Position numbers and translations under genes: made by a program
Notes under the pieces: generated by a model
Seen by the model: the letters and a program-made list of their open reading frames with translations, nothing else
The model's database searches: none
Told to the model about the DNA's origin: nothing
In this document: piece by piece, positions 25,975 through 39,479 of the stretch
Layout of the letters: the number at the start of each line of letters is the position of its first letter
Position numbering within the stretch: the first letter of the stretch is position 1
NCBI GenBank assembly: GCA_965112155.1
Contig: OZ218098.1
Strand: one strand, 5' to 3'
Origin: Podarcis liolepis
Taxonomy: Eukaryota
DNA: 64,000 nt

Positions 25975-28900
25975 TCTATTTGCAACTGTGAAATTAATGG
26001 CAATTCTGAAAAATCCAGCAATTCATTTCTGGCTAGGTCTTGGCAATTTTAGAAACTGGAATTCCAATTTAGGGCCAAGGAATCCTGTGTGGAGCTGATT
26101 TTTTTAAAAAACCAATTTGTGTGTTTTTGTCTCAGGTGCATGTGCCTTGGTGCATGTACATGCTCATACCTATGCACCACTTGTCTAAGGAAAGTGCGTT
26201 TGAAAAGCAGTTGTCATTGACAATCCAGACAAGTTCAGCTCCAGAGTGGATGTGAGTCAGGGCTGAATAAATCTGACAAAAGGACAAGCAGAAAATTGAC
26301 TAAATTCATCTTGAGGCTCCGCTTCACTGTGAACGAGCGATGAATGAGAAGGCAGACATGCAGGCAGGTTGTGTGTTCAATCTGGCAGACAGGCCCTGCC
26401 ATTTCTTTGCAATTAGGTGATGGATGGAGATTTCAAACCTTTTTACCTCATCAAAGCACGCAAGAATTCCATGCAGTCCCCCCCTCCCCCTGTGCCCATC
26501 TTGTTTCAGGCTTTACTCAGTCTGACCACACACCGCGCTTCCTAGGTCTAGCCTAATAAGCCACACTGGTGTGATCAGTCTGAGGCTGTCAAGGGAGTCA
26601 CTGAAGGTCAGTTGCTTATGCTTGCTAGACTTTCACCTGCAGGAGACCATATGCTAAATATGCATGAAGTCTTGCCTGTTAGCAGCATCTCAAGCATTTT
26701 ATAGTTCAAGCTTGACTTTGCTTTAATATATGCAACTAACTGTTAGAGGTACACTGTTCAGTGAACTAGGCAGCCACATTTTTGTTGTTGTGATAGTACC
26801 CCAGCCCATCTGTTGTTGTGATAGTACCCCAGCCTTCATGTATTCAGCAACATCATTCCTTTGGTTTAGTTCATCAAGAAATGAAAATATTTATATGCTG
26901 CCCTTCCATCAAAATTATCCACAAGGCAGCTTACGTAATTTGTTCAGTATTGATGGTGCCAGGGTAAGTTAATGTCATGAACGTGCAGCAGAGCTGTTTG
27001 CCACCAACTGAGTGTCAAGGTAGCTTTCACCTGTGAGCCTCCAGCCACCCAAACTTTATTCCTCAAGTAGTAAATCAGTATGAAGTACATTGGTGTAAAA
27101 CCACAGGCAGGTCATTAAGCACATGTTTGACCACAACTGGAAACATACTGTAAATCAAAATTACAAGGTGCCACATCCAAATTTTTGTTGGATGTAGTAT
27201 TAAGTGTAAGGACTGCACACTGAACTAAATATACATGGTTCAGATTCCTGGAGACCACTATCAAAGTTCCAGGTGCTCAGATGTTTCCTCCCATGAATTT
27301 GGCAGACCAAGATCTGTATTAATGCTTGGTGTTCTTTTCAAATGTTCACCTTTCCTGCATCTCCCTCTTGTCAGCTGCTTTAAACCCTTACAGCCTTTGA
27401 GTGTTTGTGGGAAACCTTGAGTGAGATTTTTATTCTCTTCTGTTGAGCTTTCATTGCAACCTGTTGAAAGGAAACTTGTGCCACCCACATGTAGGAAAAT
27501 ATATAGGTGCAAGTCTCGGTCTGTTCAGTGTTTGGATGGAAGACCACTTGTGGGAACCTCTCGTTTGTTTATTTGAATCCCATGGTAGAAGAAAACTGGA
27601 GTACATGTTACAAATGATCAAAATAAATAAGCATAAGTAAGCTTTGCTTGTTGTAATGCTCTAAAAACAACCACAGCAACAATGCCAAAAGTTCTTTCCT
27701 GGATCTCTTTTAGTTCAGAGATGCCACACGCAGAGGCATACTGGAAGCCAGCAACCCAAGGACATCTTGTTATTCATGAACCAAGAAGATGCTGGAACAT
27801 GAATCAAATGTTTCTACTGTGTAATTCATTATTTTTGGAAGGTTAACTAAAATGACAACCTTGTGTTTTGAGCTGTTGAGTTACTGCTTTTACCTTGGAC
27901 TTGTAACCCCTTACTGTTCTGTAGTTTCTCCCTGTGTTGCACCATGCTCAAATCATATTGGCACAGATGGGTAGGGGAGAAAGGAGTAAAAGAAAGCTGT
28001 TTGTCTGACCTTTAGCTCTGATCTTGAATATCATTTTTCCAAATCTAATTACCAAGTACATTAAGGTTTCCTATTTCTTGAACACTTGCTGTGATCTACT
28101 TAAAATGTGAGCAGAGGACAAAGACCACCCCCCCTCCTTTGCTTTGACTTGATTTATACTTCAAAGCCGCAGAGGTGCTGACAATCCAGGCTGTTTTCAT
28201 TAAGTCAAAAGCTGTAGAAGAAGATACTGCGGTAATTACAGGAGGCATTATCTGATGGGAGATAAAATAGTGTTTTTATCTGTCCTTTCAAAATGATGAA
28301 AGATAGGAAATGGTTTTTATTTCCTTTACGATTTTGTCATTTTGGAAGGCCGTATAGATTTATTCCGCCCTCCTTCTCCCACCGTCTCTCTCTCTCTCAG
28401 CTCATGTACTTAGAGGAACATAAATGCTTGCCACATGGTGGTTGCTTAAAATCTCATCCAAATGGCAAATGGAATATTCAGTTCAGACACTCAGGTGCCC
28501 CTATAAATATAATTGCTTGCCGAAGTGTGTTGGGTCATCCTTGCAGGCTTCGAAACCCAGCAGATTTGTGGATGTGCCAGTTGTATGAAATGGTGCATTC
28601 GTCTGTTCCTTTGAATGTGACTACTTTGTGGTTGTGGGGTTTTTTTCTTCAATGACCTCCATTGGTCATGCAAACAAAAATGTAGAGTGACAAACACACA
28701 CCCCTGCTTCATTCCCTCACGGAATTCGATTGACCTCGCCTCATATGCATTTGTTTTAATAGAGACTCTCAATTCAATTTTGTTGGTCATTTCCTAAATT
28801 TGTCTCCTAGAAATATCGAATTTCTTCAAGTCAATACAGTAAAATGCTTTAAAATATCCATTTATTTTTTTTAAGACCTCCATAAGCTAGATATTTTGTA

Positions 28901-31799
28901 TTCACCCTGCCCCTGCCCAGTAGGTTCAGATAACTCAGTGACACACAGTAGCTTTTGTAATAGAGAAAAACTGGCCAATTGCAGTAACTGGCAATGCAGT
29001 GATGCTTCATGGAAAAGTAGCTGGTTGTCTGACAGTGCCTTGTTCCCTGGTGTTTCTTTTTAGACCCATTCTGCTGAAAGGCGAGGGCGAGGTTTCCTTT
29101 GAACTGGCTAACCTACCTCCTTAGAGCAGGAGAGAGTGGAGAATTGGATGAATCTCTCTCAAATTGTGATAGGGCTCATTTAATTAAAGCCCCAAGTGAT
29201 TTAATTACAGTTAATTTAACTTTGCTTGCAGCTTTGGTGCAAGCCTGCCTGTAATTGCAGTTTTACAGCAGTGTAGTTTGTTCACATGTTACAGCTTAAG
29301 GTTTAATGCTCTGTGGTTAAGTCGCCCCTGAAGGAGGCCAGAGTAGTTTGTAGTTAGTTTCCATTTAGTCCTTAGGTAACATTAGAATAGTGATAAGTGG
29401 CAATAGTTACAGAGGGTGCCTGCTGTGTAATGGCTCCACTGCATGCATCACACTCCCTTTTGCAGGTATTTCCTCTATGTTATTGGGGAGGAAAATGCCC
29501 ACTGAACCTAATAAAATACATCCATGCACATGCAGGGGTGATATTGTATGTAGGAGAGAATGAAGAAGACCTGCTTGTATGAGGCTCTGAAGCACGTCCT
29601 ACCAAACATGCAAGCATATGGACCCCACACCCATGATACCCACATCATACACATATATACATTTATAGATACAATGGATTGTGGGCTCTCCTGGAGAAAG
29701 CTTTGGGAGGCTTAGTAGTACCAAGTGAGGTAGAAGGTAATAAGTGGACACTGCTGCTTAGTGGTAAGTGAGTGGTCCTATGCCCCTATGGTGGAAGTTA
29801 CAGAGAAGAAGAAAGGGTGGCTGGGTGAGCATCATTTGGTTACTGACTGGCCAGTATGGGCTGCTAGTATGATCAGCTGGTGCTGGGCATTGCTTGATAG
29901 TCAGGAGTTGTGCATGTCCATGGTTCTCTTGCTCACTTATTTCTGGTGACTATTCTAATTTGCTGATGAAGCAACGTTAAGTCAACTGATTTGAAACTTA
30001 GGGTTGTTTCCAAGGTGTGATGTTAGAAGTGTGTGTGTAACATTGATACTGTTTCTCAGCTGATTCTGACCTAGCTGTTGGTTAGAACTGGATATTCAGA
30101 GTTGACATGGTGATGATATCCTGGAAGTTAGTGCTAATTATGGTTTATTGCCTCAGACCCGTTCAGGATTCTAAACATGGCTTGGAGGGCATGTATATGT
30201 TGGCACTGCTTCCTTGGAAGTTGAAAGATGAAGTAATATAATGAGCTTTACTATTGTTTGCTTAGTGGCAATGTGATGCTTATCACATATCATGATTTTC
30301 AAACCCACCCTAAGCTATGGTTTCACATCCTGGTTTGCGGCCAATCCTAACTATGGTTTAGGCACCACATAGTTAGGTAACTTGTGGCATTAGGGCAGCA
30401 TGTGGTCCTTGGCCTGATTTGTGCAGGTGGCAAGGCCTGTCCATCACTAGTATGTGGCCCCTGACAGGTTAACTCTGAGGGAATGTGGCCCTTGACTGTC
30501 CTAGTCCTCCCTATCCACTTAGGAAGTGGAACTCAAATTAGAATGGCATTTATGTGTCACAGGCTGCAAGGACCAGCAGTTACTTGAGAGGCCAAAGGCA
30601 TGGACAAGAGTGAGCAAAGATGTTGAACCAACAAGTGACATGCTGTCGGCATCTTCTTTTTGAAGGATGGGTTGGGCAGAGCTAGATTCTCAAGACTAGC
30701 AAACAGTGGCTTTGGCTAGGTGAGGTTTGTGTTTGCCAGCATTGGTATCACCATGTCCCAAATGCTGGAGGTGGCATGGGTGCCAGTTGGCATCAGGTTT
30801 ACTCCCAGCTACCTCCCCTGAAGGGCAAGGCATCCTGCATAACAGAAGAAGGCTCTAGCAGCAGCACCTAAGTTGGAGAAGGGAACTAATGGGTGGCATT
30901 TATGAGTGTTTGTCTGGTCCTTCAGGGCCTTTTCAACAGCCTCTCCATATTCAATAACTGCATTGGCATTGTTGGCTATTTTTGTGTCATTTAAAGCTAT
31001 CTTTCTGTTTACTGATGCTGTAGTCACATTTAGGTAACTACTCTCATGAGGTTGCTTCACTGTCACCTGAAGGTGATTTGCTCAAATGGGCCATCACTCA
31101 AAATATGCTGAATTTTATGGACTAACAGCTCTGAGTGTATCACTTTTTAGTGGGTGCTGTGCTGTGGCTCATTCTGACAATAAATGCCCTTGGATGTGTG
31201 GCACGGAAGATGCTATAAAACCTAAGAGACTAATTGAGATTTATACCCTGAAGGCAGCTAGGCTGATAAAAACAAAAAGGCCTCTTGAGATTATTATTAT
31301 TGTTATTGTTAATTCTGATGAGTTCACAAAATACACTGCACATTAAAACCAGCAGTTTGTTCTAGAATGTTTAGGGCTTAAAGTGACCTGTTTGTTATAA
31401 AGCAAGCATTTCTAAGGATATACAACATTACTGCAATACAGGCAATTTTTGTTTGAATTCTTGAAATAACCAAGTAGATTCCTGATTCACTTGATTACCT
31501 ACTTTTTCTTGTTGGGAATTTTATACAAATTGATGTTCTTGCATCCATGCAGAAAGTGAATATCATACATGACATTATCTGCATGATGGAGAGGCTGGGG
31601 GAGTGTGCCCTTCACCATGCAAATGTGGTCACATAAGTGTCTGAACTGGGCTGGAATGGTAAGTTAACAAGTTTATTCTTGCCCAAGGGCTAGAATAGTC
31701 TTGTTTCCACTATTAAGTGGCAAAGGAATGGGTTTTGTTTTGTTTTTACTGTATTTTGCACTTCATCCAATGAATTCCTGGGTGGTGAACAACATAAAA

Positions 31800-32050
31800 C
31801 ACTGAAATATAAAATAAAACCTAAAGCAATAACAATATTAGGGAGCAGTTGAAATTGTAATGTAGGCACCAGATGAAGGTCTTTAAGCAAGATCTTCTAA
31901 AACCAGTGCACCACCAATGAAAAAGCCCTCTCCTTTATTGGTACATAGCAGGCTTCTGATAAGGTAGGCACTTGGAGAAAAGCTTCGGCAGAAGCTCACA
32001 GATGCAGGACACCTGATATGGGAAGAGGCAGTTATTCAGGTAACTGGGTT
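31800..32050 (-). mobile_element. Old L2-type LINE fragment
   Basis: GTGCACCACCAATGAAAAAGCCCTCTC..GATATGGGAAGAGGCAGTTATTCAGGTAACTGGG resembles the antisense L2 3' region seen at 5900-6100. Confidence 0.45.
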
Positions 32051-32703
32051 ATATGTCTCCTCTGACTGTCAGTTGATGGATGCCCACCTCCGACTTTGGG
32101 AACACGATTGCGAGCTATTCATGTCCTCAGAAGGTTTCCAGTTCTTTGATTCCACCATAGATTATTGTATATCCTGGAAAAGTAGCATTTGAGAATGGGA
32201 AGAACCTTCAGAAAGCCACCCAATTCACTGCAGCTGGAAGGAAAAAAAATGCAGAATTCCCACGCAGAAGCCTTTTCAATCATGATCCTTGAAACTAAGA
32301 GGGGATATACACATCTTATTGACTGGAATGTGTTGATTTTCCAATTTAGGTTAAATCTCTCTTTCTTGGAGGATGTAATCTCAATCCAAGCAAACTTTGA
32401 AAATTAAGATTCTTACATTTGCTGCCTCAAAAAACCCCAGAGGTGGTCGAACTGCATAGCTTAGTTTGCATAAGTTATCAGTGCAAGTTAACAAATGCAA
32501 TCCATCCACATGTTCAGTCTCCTTTGGGACAGGTGACATGCGGTTCCTACTCATATCATTTGCTGGTTGGCTTATTATGCCCAATATGTCCATACATCAT
32601 TTTATTTGTACATTTCACCTTAACTTAGCCCCTAAGGCCAAAGAGCATCAAGGAGTTGGATACACAGTATGTCTGAGATTGAGTTGCATCCATATCGTAT
32701 CAT

Positions 32704-32812
32704 ATCCTTGGGCACTTCTGGTGTTGAGTACAACTCCCATCACTCCTAACCATTGGCCATGCTGATGGGGGCTGGTAGGGACACCTGGAGGGTCACAGAT
32801 TAGCCACTCTTG
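32704..32812. mobile_element. Degraded palindromic hAT MITE related to 16994
   Basis: TACAACTCCCATCA..CATTGGCCATGCTG..CACCTGGAGGG core. A similar remnant lies at about 47970-48111. Confidence 0.5.
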
Positions 32813-33997
32813 ATTTAGACAATCAGGAAATTAGGGTATTTAAAGTTTGGATGCTGATAATTCTAAAGTGTCAATGAAACAGAATGTGGTTTAGGTCAAG
32901 TTTGGCTTCTGACTTTATATTCTGTTGTTAGTGGTAGCTACTCTGTGCTACTGCTGGGGGAGTGAAGAAGAGAATGGCCTCTGTTTTCCAAGCTCTTACT
33001 GACAGTTTGTATGTGGGAAGCACAAGGCATCTTTCAATTAGCCAGCCCATATGCCACCTCAGCTTTGTAGAATGCTGCTTTAGCAATTTTGCCATATTTT
33101 TTAGAAACACAATTCATTAAAGGCTTATAAGTCCTATTATCCCTAATTGATGATGCCATGAGTTTGCCACAAGCTTCCAAGAGGAGAGGTTAGGTGACTG
33201 GATGCAGAATCTACATCGATATGAAGAAGCTCCATAGAGATCATTATGTTCAGCAGCAGGGAAGGTAAAATCCACATTTAAAGGGCAGCCCTGCATTTTG
33301 AGGGGCAGGCAGCAGGAATTAATGTACTTCTGCTGCTGCATTTATAAACATGACATTTTAGGAAACATCAGGAAACTAAAGAGGAGAGGAAATCTGTCAC
33401 TGTTTATATGATAATGAAAAACAAAAGGGGGGAAAGGTCCAGTTTGAAGAAAATATGTAATCAAGAGAGAGAAATTCTAGTAAGAGGTTGTGGATAGATA
33501 ATGTTTCCAGTGGATGTCAACCCATATATCTTGTCTTTTTTCAGACCTGACCGGAATAATAGGAATGATGAGAATTGTAGCCCAATTAGCCACTCCTCTA
33601 TAATACCCAGTTTCAGAATTCCATTGTATTCTGGCAGCTTTGTATTTTAGAACAGCAGACACAGCTTTGCATTGGGTTTTAAGGATGTCAAATGTATAGT
33701 CATTCCAGCTTAATAATCATAAGTTTATATGACCTCCTCTTGGCCAACTGGGTTCCAAGATCCATGTACAGAACATCTGAACAGTTCCATAAAACAGTAA
33801 CATCATGATTGAGAACAGAATTCATTAATTTTAAAGAAATGGCTGGCAGCTTTTGAGCCAAGATGACTTTCTCCTTCCTTTGGAGGCTGGGTCGTAGGCA
33901 GTAGAGTGAATTCCATCTCTTAGAGAATTCCTTTGAAACTTGAGGGTTTTTAAAGCCTTCAAATGTTTTTGTAGATCCCAGTTTCACTTCTAATACC

Positions 33998-34199
33998 CAC
34001 TGGCGGGGGAAGGGTGGTGCGGTGGGTGCGGTTTGCCCTTGGTGTCATCCCCTGGGGTGCTCTTCATGGGCGCCACCCCCTGAGACGCTTGCCCTGCTCC
34101 TGTGGGTGGCTAGCCCTGCCCCCACAGGCAGCTAGCCCCACCCCTGGGTGCATAGCATGTGCACCGCTCCAGGTGCTGGAGCAGCTAGCTCCGCCTCTG
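33998..34199. mobile_element. Non-autonomous hAT MITE (202 bp)
   Basis: Ends CACTGGCGG / CCGCCTCTG. Perfect 8-bp TSD CTAATACC at 33990-33997 and 34200-34207. Confidence 0.85.
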
Positions 34200-34699
34200 C
34201 TAATACCTATATATCTTGAGTTAGGCTATCCTATCAAATGTAACCAGAATACTTTTATTTTTCAAACATAGCTAGGTTTAGAGCAAAGCCTGAGATACCC
34301 TCTGGTCTAGATGACAGCACACATGCACCAGAGTTGCTGCTGTTCTGTTAGAATGCCCGAGAAACACTGGAGCACGTCCAATCAGCTCTTTTCTTTAAGG
34401 ACACTTCCTGCATGGGAGCTGCAGGAAAGGTGAAAAGCCGTTTCGTGGACTATCCCATGTGGACCTTAAAAAAAAGGGAGGGAGGCCTCAAACATGAAGT
34501 GTTTAGATGAAAAACTGCATATAAAGATATGTCAGGGATAGTGCTAAAAAGAATCTGTCACAAAGGTGGTTCTTCTATGGATCTGTGATGATCTGACATA
34601 TGAGGATGCAGGGACATTATTTGAAGTATGTCACTATAGGGTTGTGTATGTGTGCTTGTGCCTGCATGTTCCCAAATTACAGAACTAGAACTTTTGTAG

Positions 34700-34864
34700 T
34701 CTGAAAAACTGAGCTGTGAATCAGGATGTTCTCAGTGTGACTCTCAACTCTCCTAGGAACTCCTAGGTGGCCCTAGGGAAGCCATTCTCTCTTAGCCTCA
34801 GCTCCCTTTCAACAGCATGGAAGATAATAAAAGTGCTATACAAATGTTAAGTGTTATTATTACT
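34700..34864 (+). mobile_element. MIR-type ancient SINE
   Basis: Core-like CTCTCTTAGCCTCAGCTCCC..ATGGAAGATAATAA and 3' end AAGTGCTATACAAATGTTAAGTGTTATTATTA. Confidence 0.55.
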
Positions 34865-35829
34865 AGGGCGACAACAGACATAGCATCATTCCTTCAAGCA
34901 AGAACCATTCTATAAGATTATATTCCACATAATTGCCCTATGCTGTGACAAGTAACAAGGCTCTGTCTTGCAAATGTTTAAACACATTTAGCCACACATA
35001 CACTGATGATTATATAAAGTGTTTGCTAAATAATGGGCAGAATAAAATGTGTACTTCTGTTTAATGCAAAGTACAACGCAAATGCAGTAGAACAGATGAC
35101 AGAATGTACCTTTGCGTTCTCACACTGTAGAAGCCAGATGAGCTGCTAAATTTGGTGAATGTAATGTTTATGTAGTTACTGAAATGCTTCTAGCGTGTTT
35201 GCCCCAATAGGTCATAATGTTCTTTCAAAGCAAAATAGTTTATACAAAGCAAAAAGGGGGGGGGAGTTCACTTCAAGCACATTGTAGAAGGCATTTATAG
35301 AATTGTCTATCTTTACAGCCAGCTGTGCATTTTGGGGGTGGTTTTTTTTTTTTTGTTATTCAGAAAATTAAGCTGTGGTGGAAGAGATGTTAATTTCTCC
35401 TGTGATGGTGTTTTTGTCAAGGATCTGAGAATTCTGAAATGGATGTTCACCCAGACAGAGCAACAACAGCTGTCGATGCTGCATCTGAAGGAAAACATTC
35501 CAGTTTCATTTAAGACCACCCCGCAAGCAGTTATTTCTCCTGTTCTGCAATATTCATCAGGCAATTAATGCTTTTATGCCAAATATGAAAGTGGATATAT
35601 TATTGGCTGCTTTGGATGGAGGGGACTGAAGGGGATTTGGCAAAGTTTTCCTTCAACTAGAGAGAGTATGCCTAGGATAGCCACTGTAATTGAGTGTTGC
35701 AGACTTTCAGCCAACACTTGCTTCTTTAAAATAATTGATTGTTTTCAAGTGTCCACTTTTGCTGAAGTGAGAAGCACAGTTCAGATGTAACAACAAGCCA
35801 TAGTTTGGTACTGCATGAATGGTCCTTGT

Positions 35830-35981
35830 CAGTGCTTTTTTCTGGGGGGATGCAGGGGTACACATACCCCTAAACATTTTGTGAATCTTTGACCTTTTGT
35901 CCATTTACTGTATATATTGGTGATATTCTTGAGTCAAAATGAGAGTACCCCTAAACACTTTTTAAGGGGGGAAAAGCACTG
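35830..35981. mobile_element. Non-autonomous hAT MITE (152 bp)
   Basis: TIR CAGTGCTTTT / AAAAGCACTG. Perfect 8-bp TSD GTCCTTGT at 35822-35829 and 35982-35989. Internal direct repeat TACCCCTAAACA. Confidence 0.9.
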
Positions 35982-36942
35982 GTCCTTGTGCTTGCACACT
36001 CCATCCTTCCCTGTGCTCTCAGATATAAGTTTGTTCCCTGCTGTTTAGTGCAAACCATTAATCAGAACGGGCAAACTATGGTTTGTTCTTGTTTTCCACG
36101 GATTGCAATTTGTGTTAAAGGGGAAACGACCATAACTATAAGGCTGATGTAGTGCAAAAAAGTTATATATGAATCAGGCCGGAGAAGGGATATGTATCAC
36201 AAATCTTACTTCTTGTTTTAAAAAAAGTAAAGTACAGCACAAGGCAACTCCAAACTGATATAATCATGCCCAGCGTGGAGAATACTCTGCAACCAGTAAT
36301 GTATACAGGTGTCCCATTTCACTGCCTAAGGCAGAAAGGTGCTGACCCAACTTGCCCCTACCAAAACCTGACAGTGCATTCTGGTCGGAAAGCATGAGAT
36401 TTCGTGAAGCTCCTGCAATGTGTAATAGAGGACACAAGATCTCACATTTTTTTTGCAAGATCTTGGAAGATTTCACCAGAATCTGCCACTACCGCCAATT
36501 CTCTGCCAGCCCTAGGGCGCTGCCTCTTGGTGTTCCACTACCAAAGGCGGCTGCCTCAGCCCACCTCAAGGGGTTGTACATACAGGTTGGCCAAGTGCAA
36601 AAGAGAGCAAGGCTGTTGTACCATCAGTAGTTTCACAGAAGAAGACATTTCAGCAGCAAATTGCTTCTGCTGAACAAACTTCTTATATCTAACTCTTATT
36701 AATGTGCAAGAATTCTTTTACATCAGGCTATGCAATTCACATATATAACTGCTTTTAAAATCTGAAACAGGCAAAGTCCTTGAAGCCCTTCCCCTCCAGG
36801 GGGCTTGAAGTCACAAGTCTCTGGCCCAGGACTGGATGCAGTGGTGTGCAAATTTTTTTAGGTGCTCTCATTTCCAAGTAGCTCAGTGGTGCAGAGGAGA
36901 GGTCCAGTCTCACAAGGATAATTTTGGGTCGTATCCAGTGTA

Positions 36943-37137
36943 CAGTCGTACCTTGGAAGTCCGTTTGACCAAGGCACAGCTTCCAATTGGCTGCACTCAG
37001 TTGGAAGTCACGGAAGCCGCATTGGGCATTTGGGTTCCAAAGAACGTTCACAAACTGGAACACTCACTTCCAGGTTTGTGGCATTCAGGAGCCAAAACGT
37101 TTGAGTCACAAGGTGTTCAACATCCGAGGTATGTCTG
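36943..37137. mobile_element. Tc1/mariner-type MITE (older, internally deleted)
   Basis: TA-CAGTCGTACCTTGGA ... TCCGAGGTATGTCTG-TA. Confidence 0.75.
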
Positions 37138-38715
37138 TAATGTGATATAAGTAGTTGTGATAACACAAAGATTTCTGCACAATGTAACTTCCCCCATGTC
37201 ATTTCTCCTCGCCCCACAAATCTGTTCTATGGGTTGTTCCAGCCCTCCAGTGCTGATAAGGGGAGTGTGCAGGGCATGTGGAGAGAGAGGGTTGTGTGTG
37301 CATACTGAAGAATGAGATACATTTTAGCTAAATGTGCTATCACAGATTGTTGAGTCTGGGTTTAAGATCAGATGAGGGCTCTGGATGCTGTAACAAATAT
37401 CATACTTAGAAGTTTCTAAGATGAATTTTGACTTGCAGTTACTGTAGGACTGCAGTCCTGTCCACATATAAGTGGCATATATCACACTGAGTACAGTGGG
37501 ACTTACAATACTTCTGAATAGACATGTGTAGGATTATTTTGCAGGTCAGCCACATATTTACTCTGAAGTGACCATCCTATCTCCTGGTAACTGCAACTAC
37601 ATGACACTTTTGCAAATTCCTAGAGATCAACATATAGGAGTTTAGTAGACACATTATCTCTTGCTGTATATAAGAAAGTTTGGCTATGAAACACAGAAGA
37701 CTAGCTGCATTAATCATTCTAATGTGCATCCATATAAATTCTAATATAAGTGCAATTAACTTAGTAGTTATGGTATCCTGCCACTTTCAATTTCACTTTA
37801 GCAATTTGCATTCTTATTCTCCAGTGCACTCACTGAAAACTGAAGAGTCATTTTATGTGGAACCTTTCATTGGGAAGAATGTCACTAGGCAAATAAAACT
37901 GAGTTGTTCAGGCAGTGTTTGTATAGAGACAACAAAATGCCATGTGAGACAATAGCATCCCTTGAGATACACTGAGATGGCATTGCACAATACATTCCTC
38001 AATTACGAGATACACAGTTATGCAGCAAACCCTTCCTGTACAGATCTGGCTAGCAGCTGATTATTCTTATTCTTGCTTTCAGTGAGAATAATCAAATTCT
38101 CATTGAAATCTGCTGAAATACTCCTACAGCTTTTAATGGACCTTGGATCTGGCTCTTGGCATATGGACGGGAATTAACAAGCATCCTGCTGCCTACTAAT
38201 TTATTTAGCAATTCTGATTGAAATCATGGTTTGCCCTGAGTCTGTTGCACTAAAGTTCACTGGACAAGCCATGTCAGTTGCATTCTGTTTCTCCCCACCT
38301 ACCAGCAGGATCTTGTGCTGACGCTTCTTCCTGGGAACATATGTTGATTTGGAGAAATTTGCTTCCTACACGCATGGTTGACAGATCATAGTGCAGAGAG
38401 CTGACTACTCCACTCTGAGTAAGCATCAGCAGCTTGGTAAAATGTCCATAAAGATTTAATGATAATCATAAAATGTAGTGCCTAGCCTTTTGCCGCATTC
38501 CAGCATGGCTGGGTTGAAATAAACATGGTGCAGTTTCCGTGCTTGAATTCTTCCAAGTCATTTTAGATGTTCAGGTGGAATCCTAATCTGTGCAGAAAGT
38601 TCATTTTGTTTTGGAGCAGATGCCATCATATCAGTGGTTTTCAAAATTTGTGTCTTTAGGGAATTTATCCCAAAACAACATGCCTGCTAAGGAATCCCAG
38701 AATAGGCAGAACATT

Positions 38716-39343
38716 GAATTGAATTGAATTTATTAATACGGTCACAGACCAGCGTCAACACACACAATATCACAGATCATAAAAATATCAGAAATACAAA
38801 AGACAATACGAGTATAACAAGGATTTAAATATAAAAATTAAAATTGATTATTAGCGTGCTCCCTGTAGTTAACATTTGGGGGTTTGGTCATTATGGGATA
38901 CCACTTGCTTCCTGCGATTGATTGCAGACACACAGAATTTGGCTACATTTAATGTAGTCTTGGGATTCTTATCCTCTAGCAGTAGTTTTAAACTATGGAG
39001 TTCCGATTCTTTCCCGGACTTTTACAAAACAGGTGTAATAAAAGTCAAACGTATATCCTCATAAAGACGACAACATAATAGTACATGTAGAGCAGTTTCA
39101 ACTTCCAACGAGCCACAAGGGCAGACCCATGCTGTATATGGTTTACCCTCAAATCTGCCCTGAAGTAAGGCAGAAGGGAGAATGTTGAATCTGGCGAGAG
39201 TAAAAGACCGTCTGTATTTGGGTACCTGAAGGCCTGACAGATAGTTAACTGGAGAGAAACCTCTCCCATGGTCCCTTATTGCTGGGTGTTTGATCATTTC
39301 GCTCATGTGGCATTGTAATTCTACGTCCCAGATACGCTGGCGA
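38716..39343 (-). mobile_element. 5'-truncated non-LTR retrotransposon, RTE-X-like, with ORF2 C-terminus and 3'UTR
   Basis: 12-bp TSD AGGCAGAACATT at 38704-38715 and 39344-39355. Minus-strand tail AATAAA(TTCAA)3. Encodes RRSFTLARFNILPSALLQGRF..CPCGSLEVETALHVLLCCRLY, a CCHC-type C-terminal motif. Confidence 0.85.
38869..39343 (-). pseudogene. Remnant LINE ORF2 C-terminal domain with one in-frame stop
   Basis: The frame continues past TAA (39022-39024) as KSGKESELHSLKLLLEDKNPKTTLNVAKFCVSAINRRKQ.. to a stop at 38869-38871. The ORF-track Met lies in the TSD, so it is not a real start. Confidence 0.8.
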
Positions 39344-39479
39344 AGGCAGAACATTCACAAAGCACATAAACTATGGGATTTACTCCCATAAGTAGTGATG
39401 GGCACCAGGTGAAAAGGGTTGGCAGCTGTACACTCGACCACATGCCCTCTTTACCACTGGCCTTCCTGGCTTATTAAAT

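Noticed and set aside
35332-35568. 78-aa ORF behind a polypyrimidine tract and AG
   Set aside because: No recognisable protein similarity and no good donor site.
36510-36536. CTCF-like motif (CACCAAGAGGCAGCGC on minus strand)
   Set aside because: It has several mismatches to the core consensus and cannot be supported without a PWM score or ChIP data.
39022-39354. 110-aa ORF as an independent zinc-finger gene
   Set aside because: Its start codon is in the target-site duplication. It is the truncated end of a LINE ORF2.
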